Shown here piece after piece: positions 56,868 to 64,000 of a stretch of 64,000 nucleotides of DNA (the stretch's first letter is position 1; each line of letters begins with the position of its first letter). The notes under the pieces were generated by a model. It worked only from the letters and a program-made list of their open reading frames with translations. It was not told where the DNA came from and did not search any database. The stretch is from positions 352,001-416,000 of the forward strand of contig JBEKFP010000002.1 of NCBI GenBank assembly GCA_050013255.1. Reading direction: 5' to 3'. A program made the translations under genes and the position numbers. This DNA is from Candidatus Bathyarchaeia archaeon (GTDB lineage: Archaea > Thermoproteota > Bathyarchaeia > 40CM-2-53-6).

Positions 56868-58144
56868 CTCTCCATGATCATGACTGAGATCGCAGTTCCG
56901 GTGCCCGCATGGCTGTGATTAAGCCCAACCTTCGCGCCCTTCACTTGAGTAGCATTGCTCTTGTGCTTCTTTCCAATCTCCTGTCTCAGTTGCCAAAAGA
57001 GCTCGACGGTTTGGCCGATTGCCGTAGAGCCAACCGGGTGCCCGAACCCTTCCAGACCCCCGCTTACGTTCACCGGTATATCGCCGTCCACGTAAGTCTG
57101 TCCTTCCCTGATGAGCGTCTTGCCTTCGCCCCTTTTGCAAAAGTCTAGATCTTCGTAGGTTTGGAGTTCGCTCGAATCGTAGGCGTCGTGTATCTCTACG
57201 ACATCGATCTCCTTGAGAGGCTTCCTGATTCCCGCCATCTTGTAAGCGGTTCTGGCGGCGAACTTGCAGGCCCCGAAGTTGGTCAGCTCGGGGTAGGGCT
57301 CTCTGGGTTTCAGGGCGTGTTTCGGGTAGGATCGTGCCTCGCTGGGGAACATGCCATGAAAACCGGGGTTGTCGGGACGGTCTCCGGGCCTCATCATGTC
57401 GCTTCCTAGACCGAGCCCTGTTATCCAGACTGGTGTGTCGGTGATTTTCCTCGCGTATTTCTGAGAGGCAAGAACTATTACACTTGCTCCTTCGCTGAGA
57501 AGGCAGCAATCAAGCACCTTCAGAGGCCATGCAATCAGACGAGATGACAGGACGTCATCGACAGTGATCTTCTTTCCTCCACACTCGATCGGCCACTGTG
57601 CGTAGGGGTTGTCGAGGCTGTAGTTACGATTCTTCACAGCAATCATTGCAAGATCCTCCTCTGTCTCGCCGTAGAGGTACATATGACGCGCTTCCATTGC
57701 CGCGTAGTACCCAGTATAGTAACCGCCAACAGGAAAGTCAAAATCGGTGTCGCTCGCCAGCGCTATGAATTCATTCGCTTTCGCCGATGGTACCTCTCCT
57801 TGCTTCTCGAAACCGCTCACCAAACAGACTTCGGAGAGTCCTGATGCCACAATCGCCCAGGCGGTCCTAATTGCGGTGCCAGGTCCTGCCCCTCCGTTTT
57901 CAACCCTAAAAACGGGTTTCGGTGTCAACCCAAGATAATCGTGCAGAATCCATTGGAACGCAAGTTGTTGTTCGAAGTGATCGCTGAAGTAGGAACAGAC
58001 ATGGTTGTCAATGTCGCCAATCGACAGATTCGGGGTATCCTCAAGAGCCTCCTCCATGGCTTGGGCGACCATCTCCTCCTGGGTTTCATGTCTAGGTTTC
58101 TGATACCTAGAGATCCCACCTGCAACTACAGCTACTCTTCTCAA
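56864..58144 (-). CDS. Thiolase-fold protein lacking the nucleophilic Cys
   Basis: RVENGGAG, AVKNR, DCCLLSEGA, EIHDAY, NVSGG, GHPVG. Confidence 0.88.
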   Translation of the reverse strand: MRRVAVVAGGISRYQKPRHETQEEMVAQAMEEALEDTPNLSIGDIDNHVCSYFSDHFEQQLAFQWILHDYLGLTPKPVFRVENGGAGPGTAIRTAWAIVASGLSEVCLVSGFEKQGEVPSAKANEFIALASDTDFDFPVGGYYTGYYAAMEARHMYLYGETEEDLAMIAVKNRNYSLDNPYAQWPIECGGKKITVDDVLSSRLIAWPLKVLDCCLLSEGASVIVLASQKYARKITDTPVWITGLGLGSDMMRPGDRPDNPGFHGMFPSEARSYPKHALKPREPYPELTNFGACKFAARTAYKMAGIRKPLKEIDVVEIHDAYDSSELQTYEDLDFCKRGEGKTLIREGQTYVDGDIPVNVSGGLEGFGHPVGSTAIGQTVELFWQLRQEIGKKHKSNATQVKGAKVGLNHSHAGTGTAISVMIMER

Positions 58145-58576
58145 GAAATTTCACTGGGGTGGTGAGCCTGTTGTGCAATAAAACATTTCGTCCCTCCGCT
58201 CCTTCAATAGGGAGTAGATCGCGTCGCGGAACTTGAGGTCTATTCTTCAGTTGCTCCTATCACGACTACCATCTCGAAACAAAACTGAGTGCTTCTCCAC
58301 CAAGTTTTCGTCGCTACTGTCGAGGGTGGTGCTCCGAGCAATAGTAAGCCTTTGACAAAATCCCGTTTGATTTCAGGCAACCAGTGCACAGGGTTTTTGC
58401 ACACACAGAACTCGCACCGTCCAAGAAAACCTCGTCGTCTCAGGTTAGGGGGCCAAGAGGTTGTCTTTGATTACGAGGAGGACAACTTCACGCGAGTATT
58501 GGGTGTGGGATAATAACCTTCATTATTACGACGCTGTATTCGGACGAGTATCCAGCGATTTGAGGATTAATTCAGG

Positions 58577-59749
58577 ATGACACAACCGCTAGCCAGTATT
58601 GTTTCGGCGGGCGTTTCGAAATTTGGTGTTCGTGAAGGGTTGTACGGAAGAGAACTCTTTGCCGAGGCCGCCAGGGAGGCTTTCGATAGTTGTCCCAATC
58701 TGAACCCAAAACGGGACATTCAAGCCCTTTTTGTAGGCATGATGAGCGACTCGTATGAACACCAGGCCCATGTTGCACCCCTCTTCTTAGACTGGATCGG
58801 CCTGCTTCCCAAGCCTGCTTTTCGGACCGAAGCGGCGTGCGCGTCCTCTAGTGTGGCGATGCGAACCGCTTTGTTTGCGATAGCGTCTGGGATGTACGAT
58901 GTCGTTCTTGTTGGCGGAGTTGAGAAGATGACACATGTAAGCACAACAGGCGTAACTGAGATCTTGGCAATGGCATCGGACTTCCCATTCGAACAATGGC
59001 ACGGAATCTCCTTTCCAGGAATATTCGGCATGATGGCTGTCGATCACATGAACCGGTACGGGACGACGGAGGAGCAGATGGCTAAGGTTGCAGTGAAGAA
59101 CCATGAGCATGGAGTGCTGAACCCAAAGGCACATTTCCAGAAGCGAATAACGGTCAACGAAGTGCTCGCGTCACGGCCCGTCGCTTGGCCCTTGAAGTTG
59201 TACGATTGCTGTCCTCGGTCGGATGGCGCTAGCTGCCTTGTACTTACGTCACCAAAGATAGCTAGGAAATTTACTGATACGCCCGTGAACATAATTGGTT
59301 CAGGCCAAGCCCAGGACACACTCAGCCTATGTGAACGAGAGAACTTCAGCACAATGAAGGTCACAAAGTTTGCTGCGCAGCAAGCTTACGAAATGGCCAA
59401 AGTGGGGCCGAAGGATATTGACGTGGCTGAACTGCATGATTGTTTTACAATAGCCGAAATCATCGCCTACGAAGACTTAGGCTTCTGCGAGAAGGGGAAG
59501 GGCGGCAAGCTCATCGACGAAGGGGCAACATACCTCGGCGGCAGGATTCCGTCGAACACTAGTGGTGGGCTCAAAGCGAAAGGCCACCCAGTGGGAGCAA
59601 CTGGAACGGCACAAGCATGCGAAATCTACTTGCAACTAACTAACCAAGCAGGGCGAAGACAAGTCAACGGAGCTGAAATTGGGCTGACAGAGAACGTAGG
59701 CGGTTCTGCGTCAACAGGCGTCGTCCACGTCTATCAACGGGGAGATTGA
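58577..59749 (+). CDS. Thiolase (SCP2/archaeal type acetyl-CoA acetyltransferase)
   Basis: EAACASS, GGVEKM, AVKNH, SDGA, ELHDCFT, KGHPVGATG, NVGG. Confidence 0.93.
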   Translation: MTQPLASIVSAGVSKFGVREGLYGRELFAEAAREAFDSCPNLNPKRDIQALFVGMMSDSYEHQAHVAPLFLDWIGLLPKPAFRTEAACASSSVAMRTALFAIASGMYDVVLVGGVEKMTHVSTTGVTEILAMASDFPFEQWHGISFPGIFGMMAVDHMNRYGTTEEQMAKVAVKNHEHGVLNPKAHFQKRITVNEVLASRPVAWPLKLYDCCPRSDGASCLVLTSPKIARKFTDTPVNIIGSGQAQDTLSLCERENFSTMKVTKFAAQQAYEMAKVGPKDIDVAELHDCFTIAEIIAYEDLGFCEKGKGGKLIDEGATYLGGRIPSNTSGGLKAKGHPVGATGTAQACEIYLQLTNQAGRRQVNGAEIGLTENVGGSASTGVVHVYQRGD

Positions 59750-60219
59750 AGGTAGCAGGAAAGATGGCAGCATCAGTGATGGCGTCACCATCAGAAGGAA
59801 CAGGTTTCATTTGCGATGAGAATGGGTCCGTACTTCCCACCGTTGAGAACTTTTACAAGTTCTGTGCGGAAAGAAAGCTCATGGGTGTGAAATGCAAGGC
59901 TTGCGGAGCGCTTCTTTGGCCCCCGCGTGGCATCTGCCCCAAGTGCTTTTCCTACAATGTCGAATGGATTGAATTCAAAGGCAGGGGCAAGCTGCTTACC
60001 TACACGATTATCCATTTTCCGCCAAGCCAATTCCAAGCCTTAGCTCCCTACGCTGTGGGAATAATGAAATTGACGGAAGGACCTCAACTGCCCGGCATGA
60101 TAAGAAACCTCAAACTTGAAGACCTACGCATTGGAATGGACCTTGAAGTTGATTTCGAAACCACGGTCCCTAAGGAATGGCCACGGTGGCCACGGTACTT
60201 CTTCAAACCTGCAACTTAG
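59746..60219 (+). CDS. DUF35-family zinc-ribbon/OB-fold protein
   Basis: KCKACG-x-PPRGICPKC, GKLLTYT, PYAVG, IGM. Confidence 0.88.
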   Translation: MKVAGKMAASVMASPSEGTGFICDENGSVLPTVENFYKFCAERKLMGVKCKACGALLWPPRGICPKCFSYNVEWIEFKGRGKLLTYTIIHFPPSQFQALAPYAVGIMKLTEGPQLPGMIRNLKLEDLRIGMDLEVDFETTVPKEWPRWPRYFFKPAT

Positions 60220-60370
60220 ATTCAAACTCATCGCAAGGGCAACCCGCCGTTAGGGGGATCCTAATCGACTTGGCACTGAAAAGGCGCTATTCCTATTGGA
60301 ATTGTCAGAGTCCTAGAATATTAATATTGGAATACGCTCTGAAGACGCATTCTGACATGTTGGCGGAGAA

Positions 60371-61330
60371 TTGGTCGTGGTAGAAGCACAACTGACTGGG
60401 GTTTTCCCCCGCTCCGAAAAGCTTGTGGAGGCCACACGAGCCCTAACGCGAGGAAAGATTTCGCAACCCGAAGTAGATGCGATCTTCGACCAAGACCTCG
60501 CTTCTCTCGTTGACCTGCAGAGCAGCGCCTCCTTGGACATTTTAGTCGATGGCCAATTGAATTGGCAAGATGTGTTCAGACCCTTTTCTGGACTGTTCAC
60601 GGGGGTCCAATTGGGAGGCCTAACAAGATGGTTCGACAACAACACTTTCTATCGAAAACCCAACATAATTCAGAAGGTAAGTTACAAGGGAACGGATCTT
60701 AGGCGATATTTCAGGCATGAGCTGCTGCCTCGAAATTCCCGTAAGAAGGCCATTCTTCCTGGCCCATTTACGTTCGCAGCGCTTGCGCAGAACTCTGCCT
60801 GCAAGTCACTCGCGGACCTTGCTGACGACCTTGCGCACGCTCTGAGACAAACTGCTAATGAGTTACAGAAGCTAGGTTACACAGACTTTCAATTTAATGA
60901 GCCAGCACTAACCGCAAACGGGGGAAGCAGACGGGACCTTGAGGTCGCAAAGCACGCGTTTGAAGTTTGCGCGAAAGGCCTAGCCGCCCACACAATCCTA
61001 CAAACATACTTTGGCGACGCAGGACCTGTTATTGATGATTTATTGGATTATCCAGTGAATTGTATCGGGTTGGACTTCTATGCCACCTCACTTGAATCCT
61101 TGGAGCAACATGATTTCAATTTGGAATTAGGCTGCGGGTGCATCGATGGAAGAAACTCGTTACTTGAAACAGCAAATATGCTGAGTAAGTTTGTTGCTGA
61201 TGTGGACGAACGCTTAAGCCCAAAGAACATAATCGTTGGCCCCAACTGCGACTTGGATTTTCTTCCCCAAAAGGTAGCGGAACGGAAAGTCCACTTGCTA
61301 GCAGAAACCAAGAGGGAGCTGGCAACATAG
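60371..61330 (+). CDS. Split cobalamin-independent methionine synthase, N-terminal-like subunit
   Basis: GVFPRS, DGQLNWQD, RWFDNNTFYRKP, LPGPFT, TYFG, GCIDGRN. Lacks the HxC zinc motif. Confidence 0.8.
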   Translation: MVVVEAQLTGVFPRSEKLVEATRALTRGKISQPEVDAIFDQDLASLVDLQSSASLDILVDGQLNWQDVFRPFSGLFTGVQLGGLTRWFDNNTFYRKPNIIQKVSYKGTDLRRYFRHELLPRNSRKKAILPGPFTFAALAQNSACKSLADLADDLAHALRQTANELQKLGYTDFQFNEPALTANGGSRRDLEVAKHAFEVCAKGLAAHTILQTYFGDAGPVIDDLLDYPVNCIGLDFYATSLESLEQHDFNLELGCGCIDGRNSLLETANMLSKFVADVDERLSPKNIIVGPNCDLDFLPQKVAERKVHLLAETKRELAT

Positions 61331-62461
61331 ATGGCAAGCGCGGTATTTCCCGCACAGGAAATTGGGAGCCTGCCGAAAGCTCCTTGGTTAATTTCATACC
61401 TTCGCGGAAGGAAAATAGACCAATCTGACCTAAATCAACTATCGAAGTGGTCGAAGGCCATCGGTTTTGAAGGTGAAGCGCAGGTAAGAGACCTCCTGTC
61501 CCATGCCAAGACGCCTGAAGCCGAGGAACGTACCCGAGCGCTTGCTTCATTATTCGGTATCAGGTTTCTTGAGTCAGCTGGCCTCGAATACATTTATGAT
61601 GGCGAAGCAAACCGTATCGAAATGTACGAGCATCCAGTTCGAAACTCTGAAGGGTTCGAATTCTATGGACACGTAAGATCCTTTGACAACAGGTACTATC
61701 GGAAAGCTGCATGCGTGCGCAAGCTAGGATTCCGTGAACCGTACCATCTGAAAGAATTCCTTTTTGTGAAGAAACAGGCGAAACGCAAAGTCAAAGTCCC
61801 TGTCACTGGGCCGTACACGATAGCAGAATGGTCGTTCAACGAATATTACCAGAGGCAAAATGCGGGAAAGTATTCTGACCTACGGAAACTCAAGTTCGAA
61901 GCGAAAAGAGAATTCGTTCTCGACGTAGCTAAGGAGATCATTCGACCGAACCTCCAAGCGCTTGTCAATGCTGGCGCGGAATGGATTCAAGTAGACGAAC
62001 CTGCTCTGACAACTAAACCAGTAGAGGTCCCATTCTTCGTAGAAGCATTCAATATCTGTACGCAGGGAATTGAATGTAAATTCAGCCTGCATGTGTGCTT
62101 CAGTGATTACAGCTTACTGTACCCGCACATCATGGGAATGAAAAACTGTAGTCAACTCGCTTTGGAATTCGCCAACCGTAGCGATCAGCAGGGTGTTGCG
62201 TATGACCAGCTCAAGCTTCTCACCGAGTATGGTGACGATAGAGAAATCGGTTTGGGCGTGGCGGACGTGCATGTTGATGAGATTGAGAGCCCAGAGCTTG
62301 TTGAGGAGCGAATAAAATACGCCACGAAGCTACTTGGAGACCCAGAAAGAATCTACGTAAACCCTGATTGCGGTTTACGGACACGGTCATGGGATGTGGC
62401 ATATGCAAAACTTTCCAATATTGTGAAAGGAGCGGCTTTGGCCAGACAATCGCTTTCCTAG
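61331..62461 (+). CDS. metE: Cobalamin-independent methionine synthase, catalytic subunit
   Basis: EIGSLPK, DGE, PVTGPYT, IQVDEPA, zinc ligands HVC...E...NPDCG. Confidence 0.88.
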   Translation: MASAVFPAQEIGSLPKAPWLISYLRGRKIDQSDLNQLSKWSKAIGFEGEAQVRDLLSHAKTPEAEERTRALASLFGIRFLESAGLEYIYDGEANRIEMYEHPVRNSEGFEFYGHVRSFDNRYYRKAACVRKLGFREPYHLKEFLFVKKQAKRKVKVPVTGPYTIAEWSFNEYYQRQNAGKYSDLRKLKFEAKREFVLDVAKEIIRPNLQALVNAGAEWIQVDEPALTTKPVEVPFFVEAFNICTQGIECKFSLHVCFSDYSLLYPHIMGMKNCSQLALEFANRSDQQGVAYDQLKLLTEYGDDREIGLGVADVHVDEIESPELVEERIKYATKLLGDPERIYVNPDCGLRTRSWDVAYAKLSNIVKGAALARQSLS

Positions 62462-62591
62462 TCAAGGAATATTCGAACTCTAATTGAATGAGAGGCTCCA
62501 AGCTAACAAAATGAACCATTTTTCAGCCGCTCTACTATGCATCTAAGAAATGGATGCAAACCTGGTTTAGCAGAAAGATGAGGCACATTTC

Positions 62592-63455
62592 GTGAGAATA
62601 ACTGAAATTCTGAAGAGCAACCGGCCAATGTTCTCCCTCGAGTTTTTTCCACCAAAGACGGAGGAAGGAATGAGTGAGCTCTTTGAAACGCTGAGGGAAG
62701 CGAAGAAACTACAGCCCGGGTTTATCTCTGTTACTTACGGAGCTGGCGGCGGGACGCGGGATAAGACGATTGAGATAGTCAAGCGTGCTAAGAGAGAGAT
62801 TGGTTTGGAGAGTATGGCACACCTCACCTGCGTTGGGCATTCAAAGCAGGAAATCAAAGGGCTCTTGGACGAAATATCAACGTCGGGGATTGAAAACGTG
62901 GTTGCACTTCGTGGAGATCCCCCAAGAGGGGAACCAAGGTTCGTGCCCAATCCCTATGGATTCAGATACGCAAGCGAATTGACCGCGTTCATCCACGGCT
63001 CTTACTCCCTATGCGTCGCTGTTGCCGGTTATCCAGAGGGGCATATCGAATCGCTGGACAGGGAAACGGATTGGGGCCATCTCCAGGAAAAGGTGGAGGC
63101 TGGAGCAGATTTTATCATAACCCAACTCTTCTTTGACAACCACCATTTCTTCACTTTCGAGAGAAGCATGCGGGAGAGGGGGGTGAAAGTTCCCATCATA
63201 CCCGGTATCATGCCGATTACGAATTATAATCAAATACTGCGCTTCACCCGCATATGTGGGGCAACGATCCCCGATAAGCTGGTAAAGGATCTTGAACCTA
63301 TTCAGAACAACCTAGACGCGGTCCACCGGTACGGCGTTAAACATGCCATCCAGCAATGTGAAGAGCTTCTTGATCATGGAGTCGCTGGAATCCACTTTTA
63401 CACATTGAACAAGTCAAAGGCTACTGGGGAAATAATCAGAAGTCTAAGGGGTTAG
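62592..63455 (+). CDS. metF: 5,10-methylenetetrahydrofolate reductase
   Basis: SLEFFPPK, SVTYGAGG, AHLTC, ALRGDPP, AGYPEGH, ITQLFFD, GIHFYTLN. Confidence 0.95.
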   Translation: MRITEILKSNRPMFSLEFFPPKTEEGMSELFETLREAKKLQPGFISVTYGAGGGTRDKTIEIVKRAKREIGLESMAHLTCVGHSKQEIKGLLDEISTSGIENVVALRGDPPRGEPRFVPNPYGFRYASELTAFIHGSYSLCVAVAGYPEGHIESLDRETDWGHLQEKVEAGADFIITQLFFDNHHFFTFERSMRERGVKVPIIPGIMPITNYNQILRFTRICGATIPDKLVKDLEPIQNNLDAVHRYGVKHAIQQCEELLDHGVAGIHFYTLNKSKATGEIIRSLRG

Positions 63456-63995
63456 CATCTTCGTCGGGTTGCCTGCGTTTCCACCCACAACCAATAGTAG
63501 CGAGTCCTTCTTGACCGCATCTCCTTCTCGAACGTGAATGGATTTGACCAGCCCACTCGTGGGAGAAGTCAGCTCGTTCTGCATTTTCATGGCTTCCAAG
63601 ATCAAGAGCGGTGTTCCGGTCTCCACAGCTTCCCCTTCCTTGACTAGGATGCTCGTTATTCGGCCAGGCATGGGAGCCCGAATGCTACCACCGACGCGTT
63701 CTTCGCCCCTGCCATGTGATGCTAACGTATAACCTCCCGCTCCGATGACGTGAACCGCGGCTTGGAACGCCGCCCCGGCAAGCCAGACATCTACTTTGTC
63801 GGTGGGCAGAATTCTGGTTTGGGCGCGGATTGTATCATTGCCTGATTGGACTAAACATGTTGAAATCGCGTGGTTCGCCAATGATTCGACGTTGAAAGTC
63901 TCGCCGTCTATTGTAACCTTAAAGTCGTGCTGTCCAGTTTGTTCGACTGCAACAGTATATGCCCTTTCGCTGAGTTGGATACTGTATGTGCGCAT
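63444..63995 (-). CDS. Biotin carboxyl carrier subunit of an acyl-CoA carboxylase
   Basis: APMPG and the biotinylation motif LEAMKMQNE. Confidence 0.9.
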   Translation of the reverse strand: MRTYSIQLSERAYTVAVEQTGQHDFKVTIDGETFNVESLANHAISTCLVQSGNDTIRAQTRILPTDKVDVWLAGAAFQAAVHVIGAGGYTLASHGRGEERVGGSIRAPMPGRITSILVKEGEAVETGTPLLILEAMKMQNELTSPTSGLVKSIHVREGDAVKKDSLLLVVGGNAGNPTKMLTP

Positions 63996-64000
63996 CGCCA

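Overview
Archaeal chromosomal window, about 50% GC with many GTG/TTG starts. Gene content suggests a TACK lineage, most likely Bathyarchaeia (inference). It contains the end of the exosome operon, cysS, two locally rearranged translation/transcription clusters, a divergent GcvPA/PB pair, an Lhr helicase, two peptide ABC transporters, several membrane-anchored surface proteins, pyrE, an iRadA-PolB2 pair, and an acyl-CoA/B12 cluster (MeaB, two mutase large subunits, one cobalamin-binding subunit, two thiolase/DUF35 pairs, split MetE, MetF, biotin carrier). The standout feature is in the cobalamin-binding subunit gene (55582-56022). An 18-nt insertion with an in-frame TAA folds into a complete bulge-helix-bulge (BHB) motif, and removing it at the canonical splicing-endonuclease cut sites restores the Asp of the DxHxxG B12 motif. 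This is a candidate tRNA-type intron in a metabolic mRNA, and it would gate both neighbouring mutases. Other points of interest are a circularly permuted family-5 solute-binding protein, a K-turn/box C/D-like ncRNA and a membrane-spanning one-component regulator. I saw no tRNA, rRNA, CRISPR array or transposase. All calls are by eye, with no database searches.
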